Notes: a model not told the origin generated them from the sequence alone. DNA of 32,000 nt from Vibrio cholerae ATCC 14035 (GCF_000621645.1 NZ_JHXR01000019.1:30001-62000); one strand, 5' to 3'; numbered from the stretch's first letter, positions 1-8,664 are shown. Made by a program: numbers and translations.

Positions 1-1
1 C

Positions 2-682
2 GCATTGGCGCTGGCGGGACTAAAGAAATTTGCCGAACAGCAGCAGCTCAAAGGCAAACAGTTGGGTACGGTACTTTCTGGCGCCAACACCAACTTCCAC
101 GGTTTGCGTTATGTGTCGGAGCGCTGCGAACTGGGTGAAAAACGCGAAGGCTTACTGGCGGTGACCATTCCAGAGCGCAAAGGGGCGTTTTTCGACTTCT
201 GCCAAATTATTGGTAACCGCGCCGTCACCGAATTTAACTACCGTTACAATGATGATCAACTGGCCAATATTTTTGTCGGTGTGCGTTTAGTCGGCGGCCC
301 AGATGAGCTGAAATCGATCATTCACGAGCTGCGCCAATCCGGCTATCCGGTGCAAGATCTCTCGGATGATGAAATGGCCAAGCTACACATTCGCTACATG
401 ATTGGTGGTCGCCCTTCCAAACCACTGACCGAGCGTTTGTACAGCTTTGAGTTTCCTGAATACCCCGGCGCACTGCTCAAATTCTTGAGCATGCTCGGCA
501 CCCACTGGAACATCAGCTTGTTCAACTACCGCAACCACGGCGCAGACTACGGCCGCGTGCTGTGTGGTTTTGAACTGGATACACCAGACCTAGTGCGCTT
601 TTCAGAGCATTTGGTTGAACTCGGTTATCGCTATAAAGATGAAACCGATAACCCTGCGTATCGTTTCTTCCTAGCTAAATAA
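2..682 (+). CDS. ilvA: Threonine dehydratase (biosynthetic), C-terminal regulatory part; 5' end lies outside the window
   Basis: ORF is open to the window edge. Its C-terminus ...YKDETDNPAYRFFLAK* closely resembles the E. coli IlvA C-terminus (...NPAFRFFLAG). It has tandem ACT-like regulatory-domain character and is followed by a terminator. Confidence 0.9.
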   Translation, partial: ALALAGLKKFAEQQQLKGKQLGTVLSGANTNFHGLRYVSERCELGEKREGLLAVTIPERKGAFFDFCQIIGNRAVTEFNYRYNDDQLANIFVGVRLVGGPDELKSIIHELRQSGYPVQDLSDDEMAKLHIRYMIGGRPSKPLTERLYSFEFPEYPGALLKFLSMLGTHWNISLFNYRNHGADYGRVLCGFELDTPDLVRFSEHLVELGYRYKDETDNPAYRFFLAK

Positions 683-687
683 TCTTC

Positions 688-717
688 GCCCCACCTTATG
701 TGGGGCTCTTTCTCTTT
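688..717 (+). terminator. Rho-independent terminator of ilvA
   Basis: Stem gcccca (688-693) pairs with tggggc (701-706) around a 7-nt loop. A T-rich tail tctttctcttt follows, 6 nt after the ilvA stop. Confidence 0.7.
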
Positions 718-929
718 ACCGGCGAGCCATCAGCATCGAGCGAAGTGGCCAAGGTCAAGTGTTGAAAAATCAACCATTTCATTCCTGAACAATTCTTGCT
801 AAAACTTGTTCTATATCCAGTCCGCTCTATAGATAGGCTGGCATACTCCTCGCTTTCGCTTGGCTTTACCATCCATACCCGACTACTTGTCCATTCAGGT
901 AGAAAAGGCATAACAGAGGGAAATCCCAT

Positions 930-1910
930 ATGTTCAACGCGTTGCTGCTTACTCAACAAGACAAAATCACTCACGCGACGGTCACTCAAATTAACGATGA
1001 TCAGCTGCCCGCAGGCAATGTGACGGTAGCGGTCAACTACTCTTCACTCAATTACAAAGATGGCCTCGCCATTACTGGCAAAGGCAAAATTATCCGTGAA
1101 TTTCCTATGGTTCCGGGGATTGATTTTGCAGGCACAGTCTTGGAATCAGCCGATGCGCGTTATCAAGTCGGTGATGCCGTGGTTCTGACCGGATGGGGTG
1201 TGGGTGAAAATCATTGGGGGGGCATGGCGCAAAAAGCGCGATTAAATGCCGATTGGTTGGTGAAATTGCCACAAGGCTTAACCAGCCAGCAAGCCATGAT
1301 GATTGGTACTGCAGGCTTTACCGCCATGTTGTGTGTACAGGCGCTGATTGACGGTGGCATCAAACCGGAAGATGGCGAAATCTTAGTCACCGGAGCCAGT
1401 GGCGGTGTCGGCTCTGTCGCCGTCACTTTACTTGCTCAGCTTGGCTATAAGGTCGTGGCGGTGACAGGACGCGTAGCACAGAATGGCCCTCTTTTAGAAC
1501 AACTCGGTGCCTCGCGCGTTATCGATCGCCAAGAATTTAGTGAAGCCTCCAGACCGCTCGAAAAACAGCTCTGGGTTGGTGCGGTCGATACCGTAGGCAG
1601 TAAAGTGTTAGCAAAAGTGCTGGCACAAATGCACTATAACGGGGTCGTTGCCGCTTGTGGTCTGGCAGGTGGTTTTGATCTGCCGACCACAGTCATGCCA
1701 TTTATCCTGCGCAATGTACGTTTACAGGGCGTTGACTCCGTCTCTTGCCCTGTCGAGAAACGCCTTGCTGCATGGAAGAAGCTGGCGGAGTTGTTGCCTG
1801 CAAGCTACTACGCTCAAGCGTGCCACGAAATCAGCTTGTCACAAGTGCCAGAATACGCCGAAGCGATTACTAATGGCCAAGTGACAGGCCGCGTGGTCGT
1901 TAAACTCTAA
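930..1910 (+). CDS. acuI: MDR-family NADPH-dependent quinone oxidoreductase / acrylyl-CoA reductase (YhdH/AcuI type)
   Basis: The 326-aa product aligns end to end with my recollection of E. coli YhdH (e.g. SSLNYKDGLAITGKGKIIREFPMVPGIDFAGTV, LTGWGVGENHWGG, TGASGGVGS, TTVMPFILRNVRLQGVDS). SD AGGGA lies 9 nt upstream. Confidence 0.9.
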   Translation: MFNALLLTQQDKITHATVTQINDDQLPAGNVTVAVNYSSLNYKDGLAITGKGKIIREFPMVPGIDFAGTVLESADARYQVGDAVVLTGWGVGENHWGGMAQKARLNADWLVKLPQGLTSQQAMMIGTAGFTAMLCVQALIDGGIKPEDGEILVTGASGGVGSVAVTLLAQLGYKVVAVTGRVAQNGPLLEQLGASRVIDRQEFSEASRPLEKQLWVGAVDTVGSKVLAKVLAQMHYNGVVAACGLAGGFDLPTTVMPFILRNVRLQGVDSVSCPVEKRLAAWKKLAELLPASYYAQACHEISLSQVPEYAEAITNGQVTGRVVVKL

Positions 1911-1937
1911 GCCAAAACGTATTGATTCGAATGGAAA

Positions 1938-1966
1938 GAAACCCGCACTGTTGGCGGGTTTCTCAT
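1938..1966 (+). terminator. Hairpin downstream of acuI (probable terminator, weak T tail)
   Basis: A 9-bp stem gaaacccgc (1938-1946) pairs with gcgggtttc (1954-1962) around a 7-nt loop. The tail tcattg is T-poor. Confidence 0.45.
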
Positions 1967-1997
1967 TGTGAACCTTATCTGGTTATAAATAGCAGGC

Positions 1998-2022
1998 AAA
2001 AAAATCCCGCCTTTCAGCGGGG
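1998..2022 (-). terminator. Rho-independent terminator for the minus-strand small ORF
   Basis: The minus strand reads CCCGC-UGAAAG-GCGGG-A-UUUUUUU, a GC stem plus a 7-U run. It lies 60 nt downstream of the ORF stop at 2082. Confidence 0.6.
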
Positions 2023-2081
2023 AAGCCCAAGAAAAATGGGGATAGTGTCGGAATGTAATTGAGCGTAGTCAGTCACGTTGG

Positions 2082-2270
2082 TTAACGATGTGGTTGCTGA
2101 GTGGTGTCTTGTTCGCTACGCATCTCTAGCCAAATACCAAAGATGGAGGCAGCAGTACCTAACACTGGCATCAATTGAGCTTGTGTGGTCTCTCCCAAGC
2201 CCAAAGCACACAAGGAAATAAAACACAAAACGGCATAGATGGTCAGTCTATCGAGTGTGGTTAACATCAT
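2082..2270 (-). CDS. Hypothetical small membrane protein (about 62 aa, two predicted hydrophobic helices)
   Basis: The ORF-track start at 2282 is TTG. The first ATG (2270) follows GAGGGA. The product has two hydrophobic stretches (IYAVLCFISLCALGL and LMPVLGTAASIFGIWL). The ORF has its own downstream terminator. No family is recognised. Confidence 0.45.
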   Translation of the reverse strand: MMLTTLDRLTIYAVLCFISLCALGLGETTQAQLMPVLGTAASIFGIWLEMRSEQDTTQQPHR

Positions 2271-2402
2271 TCCCTCGCTCAACTTGTTACTAACTTGTTA
2301 AGGAAGTTATAACAAAATGATCCTTTTGCCAAGCGATTATTGAATAATTTTTCTCCACCAGTATCATCTACGCCTTAATTGTGACACCCAACAGGTTTTA
2401 GC

Positions 2403-2651
2403 ATGACTTTCAATCCGAACATTGCCACGCATACTTTAGAAGCAGAAGGATTACGCTGCCCAGAGCCAGTGATGATGGTCAGGAAAACCATTCGTACGAT
2501 GCTAGACGGCGAAGTGTTATTGGTTACGGCCGATGACCCCTCCACCACGCGTGATATTCCCAGCTTCTGCCGCTTTATGGATCACCAATTACTCGGTGCG
2601 CAGATCGACCAACTGCCTTATCAGTACCTGATTAAAAAAGGGTTGGCCTAA
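2403..2651 (+). CDS. tusA: Sulfurtransferase TusA (SirA/YhhP)
   Basis: The 82-aa product contains [18 protein letters not shown] and [18 protein letters not shown], near-identical in pattern to E. coli TusA including the active-site Cys-Pro motif. Confidence 0.92.
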   Translation: MTFNPNIATHTLEAEGLRCPEPVMMVRKTIRTMLDGEVLLVTADDPSTTRDIPSFCRFMDHQLLGAQIDQLPYQYLIKKGLA

Positions 2652-2661
2652 CAAACAATCA

Positions 2662-2683
2662 CTACCGCTAAAAGCGGTGGTTT
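2662..2683 (+). terminator. Hairpin terminator directly after tusA
   Basis: Stem ctaccgc (2662-2668) pairs with gcggtgg (2674-2680) with one G-U pair, around loop taaaa. The tail is ttta. Confidence 0.5.
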
Positions 2684-2695
2684 AGGGATGACAAT

Positions 2696-2723
2696 AAAAA
2701 AGACTGCCGAGGCAGTCTTTTTT
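2696..2723. terminator. Bidirectional rho-independent terminator between convergent tusA and the 85-aa ORF
   Basis: Stem aagactgcc pairs with ggcagtctt. It is flanked by an A-run (2696-2701) and a T-run (2718-2723), so it works on both strands. Confidence 0.75.
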
Positions 2724-2737
2724 GATAGCAATCTGAT

Positions 2738-2995
2738 TTACTCTTCTTCGAGGTTACGCAGCTCTGCTTGCAACCTATTGAGTTGTTTTTGCAGCGTTCG
2801 CACTTCATCGTGCAGCGGAATAATATGGGCAACGCGAATCCAAGATTCGACCGCTAACGCCGTCATCACAATCGCGCCCACCACCATCGGCATCCATAAA
2901 TCGGTTAACGCCATACCGAGTAACGTTAACACTAAGCCAAAACTGAATAAGTAACTCTGGCTTTTTGGTGTCATCCCCATGTAACGAGTCAGCAT
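2738..2995 (-). CDS. Hypothetical small membrane protein with C-terminal coiled-coil-like tail
   Basis: The 85-aa product has two hydrophobic segments (YLFSFGLVLTLLGMAL and MVVGAIVMTALAV). A charged heptad-like tail follows (HDEVRTLQKQLNRLQAELRNLEEE). The gene lies 105 nt downstream of mneA on the same strand and ends at the bidirectional terminator. The start is ambiguous (M1/M6/M8). Confidence 0.55.
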   Translation of the reverse strand: MLTRYMGMTPKSQSYLFSFGLVLTLLGMALTDLWMPMVVGAIVMTALAVESWIRVAHIIPLHDEVRTLQKQLNRLQAELRNLEEE

Positions 2996-3100
2996 AATGG
3001 TGTACTCTTACTCTTGAACCCTGCTCATACCCTAGCATGATAATCCACATCAGGATGGGTGATAGGTCACGCTGCACAGTCGAAATCCGCGCGTTACGAC

Positions 3101-3655
3101 TCAAAAAAACGCCGTAGCCAGTGCCATTAGCAAGAATAACCCTGCCGTTACTTTACGGATCAAACCCAGCGGCATTTTGTCGGCGGACAATTTACCAATC
3201 AGCACCACTGGAACATTCGCAAGCAACATACCTAAGGTCGTCCCAACAATCACCCAACTGAGGGCATCGGCATACTGCGCCCCTAAAATCGAGGTGGCAA
3301 TTTGGGTTTTATCGCCAATTTCAGCCATAAAGAAGGCAATAAAACTTGCCACAAAAGGACCGCGAGTAGAGATAGACTCTTCTCCATCCAATTTATCTGG
3401 GATGAGAATCCAACCCGCCATCGTAAGGAAACTAACCACCAACACCCATTTTAAAATGTCGGGAGAAAGATAATCCGCCACCACCACACCTAACCAAGCG
3501 GCCAGTGCATGATTGGCTAACGTCGCAAGAAAAATGGCGGCAATAATCGGAATGGGTTTACGGTAACGGCTGGCGAGTAACAAGGATAACAGTTGGGTTT
3601 TATCCCCGATCTCGGCTAAAGCCACAGTAGTAATCGAAATAGCTAAAACGCTCAT
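3101..3655 (-). CDS. mneA: UPF0016/GDT1-family cation (Mn2+) exporter
   Basis: Two copies of the family signature E-x-G-D-K-T (ALAEIGDKTQ and FMAEIGDKTQ) sit in a six-helix hydrophobic protein. I trimmed the start from the TTG at 3703 to the ATG at 3655 (MSVLAISITT...), giving 184 aa. A Mn riboswitch precedes the gene. The symbol follows the V. cholerae UPF0016 Mn exporter as I recall it. Confidence 0.85.
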   Translation of the reverse strand: MSVLAISITTVALAEIGDKTQLLSLLLASRYRKPIPIIAAIFLATLANHALAAWLGVVVADYLSPDILKWVLVVSFLTMAGWILIPDKLDGEESISTRGPFVASFIAFFMAEIGDKTQIATSILGAQYADALSWVIVGTTLGMLLANVPVVLIGKLSADKMPLGLIRKVTAGLFLLMALATAFF

Positions 3656-3731
3656 GACATGCTCTGTGGGACAGGGATTTATTATCGAACCGTAGACAAA
3701 CAATCACGCCCTATCCCAGTTCGCGTTGTTT

Positions 3732-3851
3732 GTCTAAGGTCTTGCTAAACCTGAAGGCTCAGGTCTCACACACCATGGTAATTGAGTACCAAATATGTTG
3801 ATGTGTGAATCACCAAGTTGAAAACTTAGAGACCAGCTACTCCCCAAAGAC
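3732..3851 (-). promoter_or_regulatory. yybP-ykoY (Mn2+) riboswitch aptamer in the mneA 5' leader
   Basis: The minus strand reads GUCUUUGGGGAGUAGCUGGUCUC...AUCAACAUAUU...GAGACCUGAGCCUUCAGGUUUAGCAAGACCUUAGAC. The conserved GGGGAGUAG and UUUAGCAAGACC blocks are present. So are the P1 pairing (GUCU..GG with CC..AGAC), the helix CUGGUCUC/GAGACCUG, and hairpins AAGUU/AACUU, UGGUA/UACCA and CCUGA/UCAGG. Confidence 0.85.
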
Positions 3852-3858
3852 GGAGCGA

Positions 3859-3887
3859 ATTCTAACCACCGGAATCCAGAATCGCAA
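3859..3887 (-). promoter_or_regulatory. Putative sigma70 promoter of the riboswitch-mneA transcript
   Basis: The minus strand has TTGCGA (3887-3882), a 17-nt spacer, then TAGAAT (3864-3859). The predicted start is a few nt before the riboswitch P1. Confidence 0.5.
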
Positions 3888-4070
3888 CCCTCGTTACCCA
3901 CTTTTCCATGACTCAGAGAGAAATTGGCACAAAAGTCGGGAAAAATGAGCGTAAAAGAAATTATTGTCGATTAATTCAGCAAGATTTCCGCTACTTTGTC
4001 AGGGAATATCTGGGTATACTTCAGTGTTATTTTTTATCAATTCAGACAGAAGAATCGCGCGAACCTGACT

Positions 4071-4988
4071 ATGCAAAAATACGACATCAAAACCTTTCAG
4101 GGTATGATCCTCGCGCTGCAGGATTATTGGGCCCAACAAGGCTGTACTATTGTGCAACCTCTCGACATGGAAGTGGGTGCAGGTACTTCTCACCCGATGA
4201 CTTGCTTACGAGCATTAGGCCCTGAACCTATCGCAACCGCGTACGTTCAACCCTCACGCCGCCCAACTGACGGCCGCTACGGTGAAAACCCAAACCGTCT
4301 GCAGCACTACTACCAGTTCCAGGTGATCATCAAACCCTCACCAGACAACATCCAAGAGCTGTACCTAGGTTCACTGCGTGTACTGGGTGTTGACCCTTGT
4401 GTGCATGACATCCGCTTTGTGGAAGACAACTGGGAAAACCCAACCTTAGGTGCTTGGGGTCTTGGCTGGGAAGTGTGGCTAAACGGCATGGAAGTGACTC
4501 AGTTCACTTACTTCCAGCAAGTTGGCGGTCTTGAGTGTAAGCCTGTGACCGGCGAAATCACTTACGGTATTGAGCGTCTGGCAATGTACATTCAGGGCGT
4601 GGATTCGGTTTACGATCTGGTCTGGACCGATGGCCCACTGGGCAAAGTGACTTACGGCGACATCTTCCACCAAAACGAAGTTGAACAATCCACTTACAAC
4701 TTTGAACACGCGGATGTGGATTTCCTCTTCACTTACTTCGACCAGTGTGAAAAAGAGTGTAAATACCTGCTAGAGCTTGAAAAGCCACTGCCTCTGCCAG
4801 CCTACGAGCGTATTTTGAAAGCGGCACACGCCTTCAACTTGCTCGATGCACGCAAAGCGATCTCAGTGACTGAGCGTCAGCGCTACATTCTGCGCATTCG
4901 CAACCTAACCAAATCGGTCGCCGAAGCTTATTACGCATCCCGTGAAGCTCTGGGCTTCCCTATGTGTAAGAAGTCAGAACAGAAGTAA
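4071..4988 (+). CDS. glyQ: Glycine--tRNA ligase alpha subunit
   Basis: [25 protein letters not shown]... matches the E. coli GlyQ N-terminus ([25 protein letters not shown]). The ORF-track start at 3996 was trimmed to the ATG at 4071, giving 305 aa. Confidence 0.95.
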   Translation: MQKYDIKTFQGMILALQDYWAQQGCTIVQPLDMEVGAGTSHPMTCLRALGPEPIATAYVQPSRRPTDGRYGENPNRLQHYYQFQVIIKPSPDNIQELYLGSLRVLGVDPCVHDIRFVEDNWENPTLGAWGLGWEVWLNGMEVTQFTYFQQVGGLECKPVTGEITYGIERLAMYIQGVDSVYDLVWTDGPLGKVTYGDIFHQNEVEQSTYNFEHADVDFLFTYFDQCEKECKYLLELEKPLPLPAYERILKAAHAFNLLDARKAISVTERQRYILRIRNLTKSVAEAYYASREALGFPMCKKSEQK

Positions 4989-5002
4989 GGGGAAGACGTC
5001 AC

Positions 5003-7069
5003 ATGGCAAAAGAATTTTTAATTGAGCTAGGCACAGAAGAGCTGCCACCAAAGCAACTGCGCACACTGGCTGAAGCCTTTGCGGCGAATTTTGCGGCAGA
5101 ACTGGCAACAGCTGACATCGCCCATGAAGGCGTAACTTGGTTTGCCACGCCACGCCGTTTGGCACTGAAAGTGGCCAATTTGGCAGAAAGCCAACCGGAT
5201 CGCGTCGTTGAAAAACGTGGTCCTGCCGTCAACGTTGCGTTTGATGCCGATGGCAAGCCAACCAAAGCCGCTGAAGGCTGGGCGCGTGGCAATGGCATCA
5301 CGGTAGAGCAAGCAGAACGTCTCGTCACAGACAAAGGCGAATGGCTGCTCTTCAAAGAACAAGTGCAAGGCCAACAAACCGCTTCTGTGGTTGTGGAGAT
5401 GGCGGCCAAAGCGCTGGCTAACCTGCCGATTGCGAAACCGATGCGTTGGGGCGACAAAGAAACCCAATTTATCCGTCCAGTAAAAACTCTGACCATTCTG
5501 TTTGGTAGCGAACTGATCCAAGGCGAAATCTTGGGTGTTGCTTCTGCACGCACCCTCCGTGGTCACCGCTTTATGGGTGAAGCGGAATTCACCATCGAAT
5601 CGGCTGAGCAGTACCCTGCGATCCTTGAAGAGCGCGGCAAAGTCATCGCTGACTACGCGACTCGTAAAGCGATGATCATCGAAGGCTCACAACAAGCGGC
5701 TCAGCAGCTCGGCGGTATCGCGGATCTGGAAGATGCGCTGGTAGAAGAAGTGACCTCGCTGGTGGAATGGCCAGTGGTGATGACGGCGAAATTTGAAGAA
5801 AAATTCCTCAAAGTTCCAGCAGAAGCTTTGGTGTACACCATGAAAGGTGACCAAAAATATTTCCCAGTCTATGACGCAAGCAAAAAACTGCTGCCTAACT
5901 TCATCTTCGTTTCGAACATCGAATCGAAAGAGCCTCGCCACATTGTGGAAGGTAACGAGAAGGTAGTTCGTCCACGTCTGGCAGATGCAGAGTTCTTCTT
6001 TAATACTGACCGCAAGCGCCCATTGGTGGATCGCTTACCTCTGCTCGAAAACGCGATTTTCCAACAGCAACTCGGCACGATTAAAGACAAAACCGACCGC
6101 ATTACTGAACTGGCTGGCTACATCGCAGAGCAGATCGGTGCTGACGTGGAGAAATCTAAGCGTGCAGGCCTACTGGCAAAATGTGACCTAATGACCTCGA
6201 TGGTGTTTGAATTTACCGACACCCAAGGCGTGATGGGTATGCATTATGCGCGTCACGATGGCGAAGCAGAAGAAGTTGCAGTTGCGCTGAATGAGCAGTA
6301 CATGCCACGTTTCGCGGGTGATGAACTGCCAAGCCGTGGTGTTTCAGCTGCGGTCGCGATGGCTGACAAACTCGATACTATCGTCGGTATATTTGGTATT
6401 GGTCAGGCGCCGAAAGGCAGTGACCCATTTGCGCTGCGTCGTGCTTCACTGGGTGTACTGCGTATTCTGGTTGAGTACGGCTACCAGTTGGATCTGGTGG
6501 ATTTGATCGCCAAAGCCAAATCACTGTTTGGTGACCGCCTGACTAACGCCAACGTTGAGCAGGAAGTGATCGAGTTTATGCTTGGCCGTTTCCCAACCTG
6601 GTACCAAGATGCCGGTTTTAGCATCGACATCATCCAAGCGGTACTGGCGCGTAACCCAACCAAACCAGCCGACTTTGATCAGCGTGTGAAAGCCGTATCG
6701 CACTTCCGCGCTCTTGAAGAAGCCGAAGCACTGGCTGCTGCCAACAAGCGTGTAGGCAACATTCTGGCTAAGTACGATGGTGAATTGGGTGAAGAAATCG
6801 ATCTCGCTCTGCTGCAAGAAGATGCGGAAAAAGCCTTAGCCGAAGCCGTCGAAATCATGGCAGAAGCGTTAGAACCTGCGTTTGCAACCGGCAACTACCA
6901 AGAAGCTCTGAGCAAACTGGCTGGCCTGCGCGCGCCTGTCGATGCCTTCTTCGACAACGTGATGGTGATGGCTGACGATGAAGCACTGAAGAAGAACCGT
7001 CTCACGCTACTCAACAAGCTGCGTAACCTGTTCCTGCAAATTGCCGACATTTCGCTGCTGCAAAAATAA
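5003..7069 (+). CDS. glyS: Glycine--tRNA ligase beta subunit
   Basis: The 688-aa product starts 14 nt after glyQ. The N-terminus [17 protein letters not shown] is typical of GlyS, and length and position match the glyQS operon. Confidence 0.95.
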   Translation: MAKEFLIELGTEELPPKQLRTLAEAFAANFAAELATADIAHEGVTWFATPRRLALKVANLAESQPDRVVEKRGPAVNVAFDADGKPTKAAEGWARGNGITVEQAERLVTDKGEWLLFKEQVQGQQTASVVVEMAAKALANLPIAKPMRWGDKETQFIRPVKTLTILFGSELIQGEILGVASARTLRGHRFMGEAEFTIESAEQYPAILEERGKVIADYATRKAMIIEGSQQAAQQLGGIADLEDALVEEVTSLVEWPVVMTAKFEEKFLKVPAEALVYTMKGDQKYFPVYDASKKLLPNFIFVSNIESKEPRHIVEGNEKVVRPRLADAEFFFNTDRKRPLVDRLPLLENAIFQQQLGTIKDKTDRITELAGYIAEQIGADVEKSKRAGLLAKCDLMTSMVFEFTDTQGVMGMHYARHDGEAEEVAVALNEQYMPRFAGDELPSRGVSAAVAMADKLDTIVGIFGIGQAPKGSDPFALRRASLGVLRILVEYGYQLDLVDLIAKAKSLFGDRLTNANVEQEVIEFMLGRFPTWYQDAGFSIDIIQAVLARNPTKPADFDQRVKAVSHFRALEEAEALAAANKRVGNILAKYDGELGEEIDLALLQEDAEKALAEAVEIMAEALEPAFATGNYQEALSKLAGLRAPVDAFFDNVMVMADDEALKKNRLTLLNKLRNLFLQIADISLLQK

Positions 7070-7101
7070 TCTGCAGCACGACAATTTCGTCAACAAACTT
7101 T

Positions 7102-7134
7102 AAGCCCAACTCAAAAGAGTTGGGCTTTGTTTTT
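7102..7134 (+). terminator. Rho-independent terminator of glyQS
   Basis: An 11-bp stem aagcccaactc pairs with gagttgggctt around loop aaaa, followed by tgttttt. Confidence 0.8.
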
Positions 7135-7141
7135 GCTCGCG

Positions 7142-7265
7142 CTCCCCAAACGACTTGGAGTTGCAGGTAGGCGACAAGTGAGTTCATCCCCATGAGCATA
7201 GATAAACTATGTGATTGGGGTGAACGAACGCCGCCAACACCGCTGCAGCTTCAAGTAGGAAGGGG
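7142..7265. repeat. ERIC/IRU-like intergenic imperfect palindrome (about 124 bp)
   Basis: The core gtgagttcatccccatgagcatagataaactatgtgattggggtgaacg resembles the ERIC core GTGAATCCCCAGGAGCTTACAT...AAGTAAGTGACTGGGGTGAGCG. The outer arms ctccccaaacgacttggagttgcagg and cgctgcagcttcaagtaggaagggga are inverted repeats of each other. Confidence 0.75.
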
Positions 7266-7387
7266 ACACAAAAATATTGCTTTGCCTCGCAAATACATTG
7301 CGGTATGTTCAAGAACTATTCTAAACGGCGGAGATTCCACCGGTATATCGTTTCGCAAACACACAGCAATCATTAGGTAGTCGAGCA

Positions 7388-8644
7388 ATGCAGTATTCCT
7401 CTTTTGGCGAAAAGTTTAATCGCTACTCCGGTATTACCCAGTTAATGGATGATTTGAACGATGGTCTGCGCACTCCAGGCGCGATCATGCTTGGTGGCGG
7501 TAATCCTGCTGCCATCCCTGCCATGCTCGATTATTTCCATAACACCAGCGCCGAAATGTTGGCCGATGGTTCACTGCTCAATGCCATGACCAATTACGAT
7601 GGTCCACAGGGCAAAGATGTGTTTGTAAAATCGCTCGCTACACTGCTGCGTGAGACGTATGGCTGGAATATCAGCGAAAAGAACATCACCTTGACCAACG
7701 GCAGCCAGAGTGGCTTTTTCTACCTGTTTAACTTGTTTGCCGGTAAACAGCCCGATGGTGCACACAAAAAAATCCTCCTACCCCTCGCGCCCGAATACAT
7801 TGGCTACGGTGATGCTGGCATTGATGACGATATTTTTGTCTCCTACCGTCCGGAGATTGAGCTGCTCGATCAAGGACTGTTCAAATACCATGTGGACTTT
7901 TCTGAGCTGAAAGTCGATGAATCGGTGGCCGCGATCTGTGTGTCTCGCCCCACCAACCCAACCGGTAACGTGTTAACCGAAGAGGAAATCCACAAACTCG
8001 ACCAACTGGCACGTGATAACGGTGTGCCGTTAATTATCGACAATGCTTACGGCGTGCCATTCCCGAATATCATTTTTGAAGACATTGAACCGTTTTGGAA
8101 TGACAACACCATCTTGTGCATGAGCCTATCCAAACTGGGCTTGCCCGGTCTGCGCTGCGGCATTGTGATCGCCAATGAAGCGGTAACTCAAGCGCTGACC
8201 AACATGAATGGCATCATTAGCTTAGCACCCGGCAGTATGGGACCCGCACTGGTGCAACGCATGATAGAAAAAGGCGATCTGCTGAGACTTAGCGAGCAGG
8301 TGATCAAGCCGTTTTATCGCCAAAAAGCGCAACATGCGGTAGAGCTGCTGCAAAGTGCGATTACGGATCCGCGTTTTCGCATCCATAAACCCGAAGGGGC
8401 GATCTTCCTCTGGCTGTGGTTTGATGAACTGCCGATCACCACAATGGAGCTTTACCAACGTTTGAAAGCGCGTGGGGTATTGATTGTACCGGGCGAATAT
8501 TTCTTTATCGGCCAGCCGCAAGAATGGCCACACGCTCATGAGTGCTTGCGTATGAACTATGTGCAGAACGAGCAAGCGATGGAACAAGGCATTGCCATCA
8601 TCGCCGAAGAAGTACAAAAAGCGTATCAACAAGCCAACGTCTAA
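7388..8644 (+). CDS. avtA: Valine--pyruvate aminotransferase (transaminase C)
   Basis: The 418-aa N-terminus FGEKFNRYSGITQLMDDLNDGLRTPGAIMLGGGNPA matches E. coli AvtA (FGDKFTRHSGITLLMEDLNDGLRTPGAIMLGGGNPA). A class I aminotransferase SLSK Lys motif is present. Confidence 0.9.
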   Translation: MQYSSFGEKFNRYSGITQLMDDLNDGLRTPGAIMLGGGNPAAIPAMLDYFHNTSAEMLADGSLLNAMTNYDGPQGKDVFVKSLATLLRETYGWNISEKNITLTNGSQSGFFYLFNLFAGKQPDGAHKKILLPLAPEYIGYGDAGIDDDIFVSYRPEIELLDQGLFKYHVDFSELKVDESVAAICVSRPTNPTGNVLTEEEIHKLDQLARDNGVPLIIDNAYGVPFPNIIFEDIEPFWNDNTILCMSLSKLGLPGLRCGIVIANEAVTQALTNMNGIISLAPGSMGPALVQRMIEKGDLLRLSEQVIKPFYRQKAQHAVELLQSAITDPRFRIHKPEGAIFLWLWFDELPITTMELYQRLKARGVLIVPGEYFFIGQPQEWPHAHECLRMNYVQNEQAMEQGIAIIAEEVQKAYQQANV

Positions 8645-8664
8645 ACACCCAAACTAAGCAATGC

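Noticed and set aside
696-1023. ORFs 696-989 (-) and 796-1023 (+) in the ilvA-acuI spacer
   Set aside because: They overlap each other, the ilvA terminator and the acuI start. There is no SD and no recognisable protein features. The spacer is more simply the acuI promoter region.
3040-3048. TAATCCACA DnaA-box-like 9-mer between mneA and the 85-aa ORF
   Set aside because: It is an isolated 1-mismatch match far from any replication or dnaA-regulated context. Such a match is expected by chance in 32 kb.
2805-3104. 99-aa minus-strand ORF overlapping the 85-aa membrane ORF and the mneA stop; also the plus-strand ORF 2688-2954
   Set aside because: The alternative frame 2738-2995 gives a coherent two-helix membrane protein ending at a terminator. 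The 99-aa frame has no hydrophobic or motif logic. The plus-strand ORF begins inside a terminator hairpin.
3908-4225. 105-aa plus-strand ORF upstream of and overlapping glyQ, and the 25-codon N-terminal extension of glyQ from 3996
   Set aside because: The GlyQ homology begins exactly at the ATG at 4071 ([11 protein letters not shown]). The upstream frames have no conservation-like features and would overlap the divergent riboswitch promoter region.
4999-5566. Two long minus-strand ORFs (184 aa and 179 aa) antisense to the 5' part of glyS
   Set aside because: They lie entirely inside a confidently identified, full-length glyS. Their products are low-complexity (Ser/Ala/Arg-rich) with no recognisable motifs and no SD. 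This is typical of antisense open frames in biased coding sequence.
7011-7380. ORFs 7011-7199 (-) and 7192-7380 (+) between glyS and avtA
   Set aside because: Both run through the glyS terminator and the ERIC-like palindrome. The open frames are a by-product of the repeat.
8222-8632. 136-aa minus-strand ORF antisense to avtA; similar antisense ORFs lie in mnmE (22261-22749, 162 aa), mnmG (25019-25474, 151 aa) and the ABC ATPase gene (18612-19016, 134 aa)
   Set aside because: All are nested in well-supported genes on the opposite strand. None has a ribosome-binding site or a family resemblance. I treat them as frame artefacts.
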